Part shown: positions 38,614-49,944 of the stretch, piece by piece | Layout: every line of letters starts with the position of its first letter | How positions within the stretch are numbered: the first letter of the stretch is position 1 | Origin: Malacoraja senta | Lineage: Eukaryota | NCBI GenBank assembly: GCA_038087875.1 | Contig: CM075988.1 | Coordinates: forward strand, 1,054,001-1,118,000 | Reading direction: 5' to 3' | DNA: 64,000 nt | Position numbers and translations under genes: made by a program | The notes under the pieces: generated by a model | What the model saw: the letters and a program-made list of their open reading frames with translations, nothing else | The model's database searches: none | What the model was told of the DNA's origin: nothing

Positions 38614-39447
38614 TCATAGAAACATAGAAACATAGAAAATAGGTGCAGGAGTAGGCCATTCGGCCCTTCGAGCCTGCACCGCCATTCAATATGATCATGG
38701 CTGATGATCAATGACTGGTGTACCATGACACCCAGGTCTCGTTGCATCTCCCCTTTTCCTAATCGGCCCCCATTCAGATAATAGTCTACTTTCCTGTTTT
38801 TGCCACCGAAGTGGATAACCTCACATTTATCCACATTATACTGCATCTGCCATGCATTTGCCCACTCACCCAGCCTATCTAAGTCACCTTGCAGCCTCCT
38901 AGCATCCTCCTCACAGCTAGCACTGCCCCCCAGCTTCGTGTCATCCGCAAACTTGGAGATGTTGCATTCAATTCCCTCGTCCAAATCATTAATATATATT
39001 GTAAATAGCTGGGGTCCCAGCACTGAGCCTTGCGGTACCCCACTAGTCACTGCCTGCCATTCTGAAAAGGACCCGTTTACTCCTACTCTTTACTTCCTGT
39101 CTGCCAGCCAGTTCTCTATCCACATCAATACTGAACCCACAATACCGTGTGCTTTAAGTTTGTATACTAATCTCTTATGTGGGACCTTGTCGAAAGCCTT
39201 CTGAAAGTCCAGATATAACACATCCACTGGTTCTCCCTTATCCACTCTACTAGTTACATCCTCGAAAAATTCTATAAGATTCGTCAGACATGATTTACCT
39301 TTGTGATGCTGACTTTGCCCAATGATTTCACCACTTTCCAAATGTGCTGCTATCCCATCTTTAATAACTGACTCTAGCAGTTTCCCCACTACCGGTGTTA
39401 GACTAACTGGTCTGTAATTCCCCGTTTTCTCTCTCCCTCCCTTTTTA
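38614..39447 (-). mobile_element. Young CR1 RT fragment joined directly to its tail (internal deletion near 38705)
   Basis: ORF 38592-39050 switches from DLGVMVHQSL to tail-derived sequence. Near-identical to 33150-33900. Confidence 0.88.
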
Positions 39448-40065
39448 TCCCAACTTCTATACTCAATATCCTGACTGAAGAAGCCCAAATGTGCCAAAAA
39501 AAATTCTTGAGCTTATCTACTTATCTACTTGGAACTATGTACCTGCATCTTAGATCCCTCCTCTGTTCTACAACACTCCCCAGGGCCCTGACATTCATTG
39601 TGAATGTCCTATCCTGGTCTGACTTCCCAAAATGTAACAACTCACACATCTACATTAAACTCATTACGAATTCTCGATGGATTTTCCTTAATGTTATCTC
39701 CTCCAGGGAGAGACATGATCCTATACCTGTGAGCCTTGCCCTTCAAGCTAACAGAAACATGTATGCCTCAACTCTTGTCATCACACTTTTAAAAGCATCC
39801 CACTTTCCGGACGTTCCTTTGTCTACAAATAACCTCCTCCATCCAATTTAGCAAGTTCCTGTCTAATACCATTAAACTTGGCCTTACTGAAAATCAGAAT
39901 TTTAACTTGTGAGCCCGCCCTGTCTTTGTCCGTAACTAATTTAAAGCTAAAGGAACAGTGGTCGCTGCTCCTAAAGACTCGTCCACCGACACGTCACTCA
40001 CTTGCCTTTGCCAATTTCCCAAGACTAGGTCAAGCTTGGCCCTCTTCAGTGTAGGGTCCTCTACA

Positions 40066-40213
40066 AACCATATAACCATATAACCATATAACCATTACAG
40101 CACGGAAACAGGCCATCTCGGCCCTTCAAGTCCGTGCCGAACATTTTTTTTTTTTTTTTAAATAAACACTTCCCCCTAGTCCCATCTACCTGCACTCAGA
40201 CCATAACCCTCAG
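40066..40213 (-). mobile_element. 3' end of the CR1 subfamily seen at 3946-6242
   Basis: (ATATAACC)n tail and internal T-run are reverse complements of 6110-6242. Confidence 0.85.
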
Positions 40214-40379
40214 ACCAAACTCCTCACAGTTTGCATGAGAAAACTTTCCTGAACACATATGACAAATTCCACCCCACCCCTGGTACTATGATAGTCCATC
40301 TATATTGGGATAGTGGAAATCCCTAACTATGGCAATCTTATGTGTCTTGCAGCTGCCTGCAATCTCCTGGCATCAAGAG

Positions 40380-41773
40380 CGGAACTCGCTATCAAAACAT
40401 GGAGGGGACGGGGGACACAATTTTCTGGCGGCCGCGTGCGCATGCACACACTCATACACGCGCGCGAGGCTTCGGAGGCTCAATCCAGCGCTAAATGCAG
40501 CTCAACTCTGCCTGTCTCGCCGGGTTAACTACAGCCCTGCCTGGACTGACGGGACACCAGCGCTGCTTCTCCGTGCTGGTCATATTTCCCCGCAAGCTCA
40601 GACAGGTTAACGTGGCGGGACAGGCAGAGTGAGCTGGGTTTAGTGCTGTTTCTCTGCGCTTGCTGTGGGCCTGGGGGCACAGCTCGCGTCTGACTCCCGA
40701 CCTCTCTGGCCACCGGGGGGGGGCACTCGGGACAGCGCCGGTGAGGGGGGAATTGTGGGGGGAGTGGGGTGTGTGGGTGGGGGGAGTGAGAAAAGAATGG
40801 GAAGAGCCATGGGGAGAGGGGGGCATCAAGGGGGAAGAGCCAACGAGGGGGACCAGAGGGGTAGTGGCTGGAATTGGAGGGGCGATGGGGACTCACAGCG
40901 AGCGCTGGTCATTCTCCTCCACCGGGATCAGAGTCTCCGCTTTCCGGTTGAGGACATCTTCGACTCCAGGCTGGGCTTGGGTCTCCTACTCTGGGCTGGG
41001 CTGGGCTGCGCTGGGTCTCCCACGTTGGGCTTGGTCGGGTCCCCAGGGCTGGGCTGGGCTGCGCTGGGTCTCCCACGTTGGGCTTGGTCGGGTCCCCAGG
41101 GCTGGGCTGGGCTGCTTGGGGCTGGGTCTCCCACGTTGGGCTTGGTCGGGTCCCCAGGGCTGGGCTGGGCTGCGCTGGGTCTCCCACGTTGGGCTTGGTC
41201 GGGTCCCCAGGGCTGGGCTGGGCTGCTTGGGGCTGGGTCTCCCACGTTGGGCTTGGTCGGGTCCCCAGGGCTGGGCTGGGCTGCACTGGGTCTCCCACGT
41301 TGGGCTTGGTCGGGTCCCCACGGCTGGGCTGGGCTGTGCTGGGTCCCCCACGTTGGGCTTGGTTGGGTCCCCAGGGCTGGGCTGGGCTGGGTCTCCCACG
41401 TTGGGCTTGGTCGGATCCCCAGGGCTGGGCTGCTTGGGGCTGGGTCGCTTCGGGTCGCTCCGAAAACCTCCGCCGGCCATCCTCAGGTCCAGTAAAGACG
41501 CGATGGCGCAGGAAGGGGCAGACTGTCCCAGGGAGTGACAGGAGAAAAGACCAATCCACGCGGCACCGACTGGCAGGAGAAGAGATCGATTTTTGAACCT
41601 CGCTAACTTTTACGACATTCAACCGATCGGAACAAAACTTGGTCCACTCGCAGCACAGGAGAACGGTGAGTGAACTGGCAAAAAATCATAGCGCTGTTGC
41701 AAACCGTTTTCATGCAAATAGAAAGACTGCCAAACCAGAAGACAACAAGATCAGAGTTTTAGTTATGTATAGA
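40380..41773 (-). mobile_element. Helitron-like element carrying a GC-rich minisatellite, left boundary uncertain
   Basis: Minus-strand start TCTATACATAACTAAAACTCTGATCTTG at 41773 resembles the starts at 29100 and 1157. Confidence 0.5.
40992..41445. repeat. GC-rich minisatellite with about 54/59-bp units (GGGCTGGGCT...GGGTCTCCCACGTTGGGCTTGGTCGGGTCCCCA)
   Basis: About 8 tandem units read directly. Confidence 0.92.
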
Positions 41774-42516
41774 TGTCCATCGATAGTCTATGTCCTGTGA
41801 TGATGACGGTGAGATCAAGAAACAGAAGGGAGAATGGAAATTAGTAGTGAAGTTAATGATGTCTGTGGGTTCTGTATGGGTGCGGAAGGTAGCACCGATG
41901 CAGTCGTCAATATAGCAGAGATAGAGTTCGAGGATAGAGCCTGGAACAGGTTTTAACCAATCTCTACCCGAAACATCACCAATTCCTTCTCTCCAGAGAT
42001 GCTGCCTGACCCGCTGAATTACTCCAGCATTTTGTGTCTATCTTTGGTGTAAACCAGCATCTGCAATTCCCTCCTACACATTTTGTCCCTCACATTGATT
42101 CCAGTTACACTTCAGGCTGCCTCGGCAAGACTAACAGCATAATCAAGGACCAGTCTCACCCACCCCGTCACTCCCTCTTCTCCCCTACCATCAGGCAAGA
42201 GGTACAGAAGTGTGAAAATGCATATTTCCAAATTCAGGAGCCGTTTCTTCTCAGCTGTTATAAGTCAACTGAACCATTGACAGGAGTGCTACCTTTAAGG
42301 TATGGTGTGATTTCCATTAATGTCACTCAACAAAGCCACTCGAACAGTTATACCATATGGAGTCAACTGAACCATTCTCTCACCAACTAGATAGCGATCC
42401 TGAGCTCCCATCTACCTCATTGGAGACCTTCAAACTATTATTAATTGGACGTTATTGGACCTTATCTTGCAACAAAAAACCTATTCATTGTACCTCGGTA
42501 CAAATGACACTAATAA

Positions 42517-42790
42517 TAGTTTAGTTTAGAGTTACAATGCGAAAACAGGCCCTTCGTCCCATCGAATCCATGCCGACCAGCGATCCCGTACATTAGCACT
42601 ATCCTACACACTTGGGATAACCTACAAACCTGTACGTGTTTGGAGTGCGGGAGGAAACCGGAGCACCTGAAGAAAACCCACGCGGAGGGAGTGCAAACAA
42701 ACTCCATACAGACAGCACCCATGGTCAGGATCAAACCTGGGTCTCTGGCGCTGTAAGGCAGCAGCTCTACTGCTGTGCCACCGTGCCACC
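42517..42790 (-). mobile_element. V-SINE (HE1-like)
   Basis: Reverse complement of the SINE with (TAAAC)n tail. Confidence 0.8.
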
Positions 42791-43630
42791 CAATAAACTA
42801 AACTAAACTAAATCATAACATTTATAAGACACTTGGACAGGTACACAGATAGGAAAGGTTTAAAGGAATATTGGCCAGGTGCAGGCAGGCGGACATGCTT
42901 GGTTGACAACTTGGATGAGTTTGGCTGAAGGGCCTGTTTGCAGATGGCATAGAGCTCTGAATGTGACTCAAGATGCTGGAAAGTGACAGCAACAGTCACA
43001 CTCACTCACTGCCACAACCACTTGGTACCAGGTTTCATCACAGTCTTGGTTCAAACATGGATTCAAGAGCTGAATTCCAGAGACACCACGGCAGCATTTG
43101 GCCGTGCGGCATCAAACACCCAGTAGGACTGAGGTCAGCGGGCAGCAAAGGGAAAACCCTCCCGCCATTGACGTCCAATCTCACATAGTTTGGAATAGGG
43201 AACATACCTTACACAGTTGGGCTGTAGGGAGGATTGAAAACAAAGGGACCCTGCATACATCCACAGATGGCAGCACAGGTGAAGAGGGCAAAAGGGTTGG
43301 GTGCACCATTAGCTGGGACATAATGTAAGAGAGGAGGGAGGTCTCGGGACAACTTTCTGAAAAGTTGGTTAGGGCACAGCTGGAGTATTGTGCATGGTTC
43401 TGTTCACCGCACTGATGGAAACAATGTGGTTACACTGGCCAAGGTTGTGTCATGGAGCCATACAGCACAGACACAAGCCCTTTGCCCCTTTGACGTCCAT
43501 GCTGACCAAGGTGTCCCATCCTAGCTACTCCTATTTACCTGCATTTAGCCCACATCCCTCTCAACCTTAGATAGACACAAAAAGTTGGAGTAACTCAGCG
43601 GGACAGGCAGCATCTCTGGAGAGAAGGAAT

Positions 43631-43666
43631 AGGTGACGTTTCAGGTCGAGACCCTTCTTCAGACCT
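43631..43666 (-). ncRNA. Minimal type-I hammerhead ribozyme motif in a Penelope terminal unit (43568-43666)
   Basis: Minus strand reads AGGT-CTGAAGA-A-GGGTC-TC-GACCT-GAAAC-GTC-ACCT: intact CUGANGA and GAAA cores, stem II, palindromic ACGU stem III, 4-bp stem I. Confidence 0.55.
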
Positions 43667-43756
43667 CTCAACCTGTCCTGTCCCTGTACCTGCCTGAGTG
43701 TCTGAGAAAGGGTTATTTTCACCAGGAGGTTGTTGCAATTTCGAGCGCACTACATT

Positions 43757-44035
43757 TAATTTAGAGATACAGCACGACAACAGGCCCTTCGGCCCACTGA
43801 GTCCACGCCGACCAGTGATCCCCACACATTAACACTATCCTACACACACTCAGGACAATTTACATTTTTACCAAGCCAATTAACTTACAAACATGTATAT
43901 CTTTGGAGTGTGGGAGGAAACTGGAGATCCCGGAGAAAACCCACGCATGTCACGGGGAGAAGGTACAAACTCCGTACAGACAGCGCCCGTAGTCAGGATC
44001 AAACCCGGGTCTCCAGGTCTGTAAGGCAGCACTGT
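43757..44035 (-). mobile_element. V-SINE (HE1-like)
   Basis: Reverse complement of the SINE core. Confidence 0.8.
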
Positions 44036-44931
44036 GTCATCGTGTCAACCATACCTGTGATGGCGTTGGAGGCAGAGACTCACAACACTGAGGATACATC
44101 TGGGCAAGCGGCTAAAATGCCTGTGCATTTTCAAGAAAGTATCATGGCCTGGGACGTCAATTCCAATGCAAAAATCACCAGGCTACAGAGAATGGTGGAC
44201 TCAGCCTGGTCCATCACGGGCACAGCCCTCCCCACCCTCAAAAGCATCCACACCAGGTGCTGCCTCAGGAAGGTGGCATCTAGCACAAGGATCCCCACCA
44301 TAGGGTCCATGCCTTTCTCACTGCCTCCATCGGGCAGGAGGTACAGAAGCCTGAAGTCCGACTACAAGGTTCAGGAACGGATACTTTCCTGCTATCATCT
44401 TGGACCAACCGGCTCAGCACTAATCCTACGATGGCCGCAGAGGGACGAGCAGTAGATGCTGGTATTGCTGGCAAGATGGAGACCCCAAAAATGAATAGGA
44501 GGGACAGCTGACTGCACCTCATGTGCTTCATTGATTGTATTACCACCGCATCGTGGTTTCACCAAACCATGTGCATGTACAAGAGTGCACTATTATTTTG
44601 TCTCCATATTCAATTTGCTTAATAACGCTACACACACCAGGATTGTAACCTCAGGGCCAGCCAGTATCAAGCCAGACCCTCCAACACCTTGCCCACCTTT
44701 CTTGCTGGGGAGACACAGGATCAAGAAAAGGCAAGGATGCTTCTTCACCCTGGTTTGACAATGAGTAAGATCATGTCTGATCTAGCCTGGACCACCACAG
44801 CATTCCACTGCTCTCTCCCAAACCGCTCCCTCGTCCCTTATAGTTAAATAGGGAGTCCTCGCCATTCCTGAGCAACAGGAGGAGATGCAGGCCTCACAGT
44901 GCCACGTACCCTGGTGTCCATGTGTCCATAC

Positions 44932-45071
44932 CTTGTGAATCCAGAGTGACGTCTGCATGTTGTTGTGGGGGTGAAGCTGATAATGGAGCAGGGTCTCCCA
45001 ACAGTACAAGTCTACATAGGTGGCCTGCTTCAGCGAGAAGTTTCTGGGCGGGAAACACGTAATTTGTGATC
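44932..45071 (-). CDS. PANX3: Pannexin-3 exon 2 (140 nt, SQITCFPPRNFSLKQATYVDLYCWETLLH...SLWIHK), first extracellular loop
   Basis: Acceptor ...TGTGTTTCAG ends at 45072 and donor GTATGG starts at 44931. Contains two conserved loop cysteines (C66, C84) and the N71 sequon NFS. Frame is continuous with exon 1 (181+140=321). Confidence 0.93.
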
Positions 45072-45489
45072 CTGAAACACAGACAGTGATAATATCATCA
45101 AAAAACAGACTGCTGCAGAAACTCATCAACTGTGAAGTGAAATGGACAGGTGATGGTTGGGTCGTGACCCATCTTCAGGCTGATGGAGCAGATGGGAGGT
45201 TGCAGTGGAGAGAGGTGAGGGGCAGAAGCTGGCAAGTGATAGGTGGATCCAGGTGGGGAGGGATTGATTGAAGATGTCAGATGGGGAGAGATAGTAACAA
45301 GGCTGGAGCTGGAGAAGACAGAGGAATGAGGATGGTGGAATCTGATAAGAAATGAAGGTGGGGAGTTTAATGTTCACTCAGATAGAGTGACAGTGGGAAG
45401 AAGGGAACAGGGTGAGCAAAGACAAATGTGTGGCCTGGGGTTAGGAGTAGTGGGAGATGAGCCGATGGAGGAGGGTAAAATAATCAAGC

Positions 45490-45784
45490 AGCATGGTGGC
45501 GCAGCGGCAGAGTTGCTGCCCTACAGCACCAGAGACCCGGGTCCCGTTCCTGACTACGGGTGCTGTCTGTACGGAGTTTGTACGTTCTCACCATGACCTG
45601 CGTGGGTTTTCTCCGAGATCTTCGGTTTCCTCCCGCACTCCAAAGACGTACAGGTTTGTAGGTTAATTGCTTTGGTATAATTGTAAATTGTTCCTAGTGT
45701 GTGTAGGATAGTGCAGGGATCGCTGGTCGGCACGGACTCGGTGGGCCGAAGGACCTGTTTCCGCACTGTATCTCCAAACTAAAG
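45490..45784 (+). mobile_element. V-SINE (HE1-like)
   Basis: Head GGTGGCGCAGCGGCAGAG, conserved core and tail. Confidence 0.82.
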
Positions 45785-45814
45785 ATGTGTTCTTTGTTCT
45801 GAAATTGTTACCTG

Positions 45815-46000
45815 AAATTACCATAAATTCAATGTTCATGCCACTGGGTTGTAAGCTGCCCAAGTGGAATATGAGGTGCTCTTCCTCCAGTGTGCGTGTG
45901 ACCTCACTCTGACAGTGAAGGAGGCCCAGGACACAAAGGTCAGTGATTAGCAACCACGAGATCCAACTGGGCTGCCAGGCAGGTGTTTGGCGAAACTGTC
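45815..46000 (-). mobile_element. Penelope-like GIY-YIG C-terminal fragment
   Basis: LEEEHLIFHLGSLQPSGMNIEF motif. Confidence 0.75.
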
Positions 46001-46480
46001 ACCTAGTTACACGGTCCATTTTATACCACACTTACTCCATCAATACTGTGCAAACAATACAACTGGAGGAACTCAGCACGTCAGGCAGCAATCCACTGAG
46101 TTCCTCCAGCGCTTTGTTGGTATCTGTGGTTGGACATCATTTGTCACTGAAGCCCAAAGGTAGGGTCACAGGGACCCCACTGCTGGATAATGGTCACCAC
46201 ACTCAGGGAAAGAAAATATGTTTCTTTTCATATCAATGTATAAAAGTCTGGAATTCTCTTCCCAAAAGCAGCATGGAAGCTGAGATCATAGATAGGGATA
46301 TTGGCAGATACATTCAGGGAAATGGTGATGAGTAGAGCCAGGATGTTTAGGCATTAAAAAACTCTGAAATAGGCAGGCAAAAAGGCGAAATAAAATTACA
46401 AAAAAGGCACGAAAAGGCATTTATTGACAAAAAAGGCATTTATTTCCACCACCAAAATATGGTTAAAAATAATAATATAA

Positions 46481-47609
46481 AGGGCCTGTCCCACTAACGT
46501 GACTTTTTCGGCGACGCCGGCACCGGTCATAGGTCGTTGCAGGTCTCCGAAAATTTTCAATGTTGAAAATCCAGCGGCGACCAGAACAAGTTACGACTCT
46601 TTGTTCTGGAAGTGGCGGCGCTGTTGCACAGCTGCGGCTCGCCTGCAGTCCGTCTGTTTTTACTTTTGTTGTTGTTTTCTTTTGTCCTGTTTTAGTTAAA
46701 TTTTAGTTTATTGGGTTGTGTACGTGTGGGGGGTGGGGGGTCGGGGGGGTGAAACATGTTTTTTGTCTCTTCCTTCGGGGGAATGCGACTTTTTCTTGTG
46801 TATCCCCCTTCTCTGCCTCCGTCTGCGCTGAGGCCAAAATGGCGGAGCTGCCGGCCTCCAACTCCAACTGCGACCGACCGACCTCGAGGCTCCGGAGGCA
46901 GAGCCAGGACTTACCAGCGCGGGACTGGCCGGCTTCGGGGCTGCGGTGGCGTTCCAGTGGTGGCGACCAAAGACACTGGTGGCGACCTGAATCCGGAGGC
47001 TCGGCCGCCGGCTTGGACGACATCATCGGGAGCTCGCAGGTCACAGGTGGGTGACCTGTTTTTCTGGGGCTCCCGCAACTACAGCTGCGTCCGCTGGACT
47101 GGAGGGCGGCAGCTTCGGCCACCCCGGGCCGCGGAGTTTGAACCGGCCCGTCGCGGACGGAGCACGGATTCAGCCACGGGACTGACTTACCATCACCCGG
47201 CGGGGTCACAACGTCGGAGGCCTGGATCGCCTCAGCGCAGAGGGAGAACGAAGAGGGAAGAGACAGAGACTTTAAGACTTTTGCCTCCATCACAGTGAGG
47301 AGGTGCCTGGTGAACTCACTGTGGTGGATGTTAATTTGTGTTTATTGTGTGTTTTGTTATTTATTATATGTATGACTGCAGGCAATGAAATTTCGTTCAG
47401 ACCGAAGGTCTGAATGACAATAAAGGAATCTAAGTCTAACTCATGTCGCCAGGGTGTCGCCTGTATGGTCGTGAGTCGTCTCCTCAGTCACCCAAAGAGT
47501 CGTAGCGTCTTTCTGGTCGCCGCTGAATTTTCAACATGTTGCACATTTTCGCTGACCTATGACGGGTGTCGGCAGTCGCCGAAAAAGTCGCATAAGTGGG
47601 ACAGGCCCT
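46481..47609. mobile_element. PIF/Harbinger-type palindromic MITE, interrupted by 46604-47437
   Basis: TIRs AGGGCCTGTCCCACT (46481-46495) and AGTGGGACAGGCCCT (47595-47609). TAA on both flanks. Confidence 0.82.
46604..47437 (+). mobile_element. GC-rich non-coding retroelement with Rex1-like tail
   Basis: Starts TTCTGGAAGTGGCGGCGCTG and is colinear with 57229-58009. Ends GAAATTTCG...ATGACAATAAA. Confidence 0.7.
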
Positions 47610-48869
47610 TAAAGGTATACTACATTAAATGACCAAAGTTGCCTGGTTGCACATAATTACTAGCATTTTGTTTCAAATTATCTGGTGTTAAATTATGCCG
47701 TCTGTCAGACAGAATATGTTTCAGTTGTGAAAAACTTCTTTCTACCCCAGCTGAGGTCACTGGTGCATACCTGAAACAAGCTACACACTCTACATTCATG
47801 TCGATATCTTATGCATTACAACTACCTTTGAGAACCTTAGCTATGTTTTCTATTTCTTTAAAATCTTTTTTAGCTAAAATTACTCTCTCACATTTTCCTT
47901 GTATGTCTTTACCTACATCACCATGAACTTTACGAATATCGTCAGTTACTTTGTTGAAAACCTGCAAGTTATTCACTAATATTTCGCCACGTTTCTCAAG
48001 GGAAGTGGTAGCTTGTGGGAAGTTTGCAAAATTGGAAGCAATAAACACAAGATCACAGTGGAAGGACTTTTTCTGCATGCTTTCACTGACGATCCTGATT
48101 GCAGCAGATTCTTCTTCTTCAAAACAGTTGACGATTTATTTTATCTTTTCAAAATTTGCAGCATGGTAGAGTACAGCAGAGAGCAACGTACCCACCTAGT
48201 CAAAACGGGCTGAGGAGGTAGTGGAATCTCGGGTGCTATTTCCTTGAACAACTGCACATGTGAAGGTATTTTGAGGAAGATTTTCTTGAGATTGCCTAGG
48301 CGATCGACATTTGGAAACAATTGTGACATTGTGTGCTTGACAATTTTATGAAGTCCTTGAGCTAAGCATGTCAAATGCAACATTTTGGGGAATAAAACTT
48401 TAAGTCACAAACAGAAGTACATTCTCGTGTTTTATACCTTCTGGCCAAAGTACAACAAGTGAAGATGTAAACAACTGGGCAATAGTTGAGCTGTTTGACT
48501 TCTCCAATACTTCCGATGTCAACAAATACTCCTTTGATGGTTGACCCGCTTCCAGTGTACAGATGACCACATTGGCAACATATCTCCCCACAGCATTGGT
48601 TGTCTCACCTATTGGGATCCATATTTTGTTGCATGCAACTTCATCTCTAATTTTCTGCACAACAATGTTGAAGTTGCTGTCAACATAATTTTTCCATAAT
48701 GACTCGCTTGGTATATGTTCCTCTGTGTATTTTTCTAAAAAACCTCTGAGAGATTTGTTTTCCAATTTCCACAGTGGAATCAATGAATGCCTTGCACAGA
48801 TCACTCGAAAACTCAGATTTGCGACTGGAGCCAGCAGTAAATGTAGTGAGGAGTCAAGCTTGGGTATTT

Positions 48870-49255
48870 TGCTTGGGTAGTCTGCACTCCAGTGGTATCA
48901 ACATTGACTTCTCTAATTTTAGATAGCCCTTGTCTTCTCCCTCCTCCCCCCCCCTTCCCAGCTCTCCTTCTAGACCTACTGTCTCCACCTCTTCCTTTCT
49001 TTTTCCCGCCCCCAAAAAGCTAACAATAGCCTGTTTCCCTCATCATCGTTACTTTTTTGAAAATCTTTCATTCATTAGTTCTCTCTCTCTCTCTACATCA
49101 CTGTCTACATCTCCCGTTTCCCTTTCCCCAACTCTAAGCCTGCAGAAGGATCTCACCCATTCTTTCTCCCTAGAGATGCTGCTTGGTCTGCTGAGTTACT
49201 CCAGCATGTTGTGTCTATCTTCGGTTTAAACCAGCATCTGCAGTTCCTTCCTACA
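48870..49255 (+). mobile_element. Penelope-like 3' fragment and terminal repeat
   Basis: TTTTGCTTGGGTAGTCTGCACTCCAGTGGTATCAACATTGA (GIY-YIG end), then GAGATGCTG...GAGTTACTCCAGC...CCAGCATCTGCAGTTCC. Confidence 0.7.
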
Positions 49256-49944
49256 CTTATCCAATTAAATATCCAAGCAGGTTTGAGGCAGGGAAAAGCC
49301 TCGAGCAGTTTACATAAGGGCTCCTTCATAACTGTTTTCATGTGGGCTCCTTCATAACCCAGCTGAGGGAATGTGGGAATCATTCAATAACATGCCCCCT
49401 CAAAGCAGAGTGGTGAAGGGCTTGGAATAGACTGAAGATTTATCCTTTGCTCCTCGAGTCTGTGCCACATAATCTCTCACGTCCAGTGAATAAGGCCCGA
49501 CTTTAATTTCTCATCGGGAAAGAGCACTCCCGCCCCATCAATAGCGAGTCAAATCTTAACAGCTATTAACATGAGAGCGGGATTTGAACATTGGCCTTCA
49601 GGTTCGGGGTGAAAATGTTATCATCAGATCCACAGATCACAGGGGGCTTAACGTAAACATGGGGCTGGGATGAATCACACGGAAATCTCTGGGAATAAAC
49701 TAATTTGTAAACATTGTTTGAGCAGCTAGAATAACCATAAGTTGGACCCGCTCAGCAAACTAAACAAACACCACGAGAAGCGAATTGTCAGCTTCCCTGG
49801 CACTGAAATTCCTATTCATCTATCTTATTCATTAGCTCTTGCAAGTAACCATCAAACCGTATTAGCTGATAATTAAGTATTGATTAAACATACATGAAGC
49901 ATCAGAACAGATAATCAGCATTTACCAAAGCATAAACTATGATG

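Larger units (their letters stand above)
46337..48860 (-). mobile_element. Decayed hAT-superfamily DNA transposon (DUF659/CGGBP-related transposase pseudogene, coding about 47660-48830)
   Basis: KIWIPIGETTNAVGRYVANV, LWPEGIKHENVLLFVT, HLTCLAQGLH, PLPPQPVLTRW, and at about 47670-47785 YAPVTSAGVERSFSQLKHILSDRRH (hATC-like). Multiple frameshifts. Left boundary tentative. Confidence 0.82.

Noticed and set aside
40660..41622. Repetitive ORFs on both strands, or a CRISPR-like array
   Set aside because: Pure tandem minisatellite with no unique spacers and no cas genes, in a eukaryotic context.
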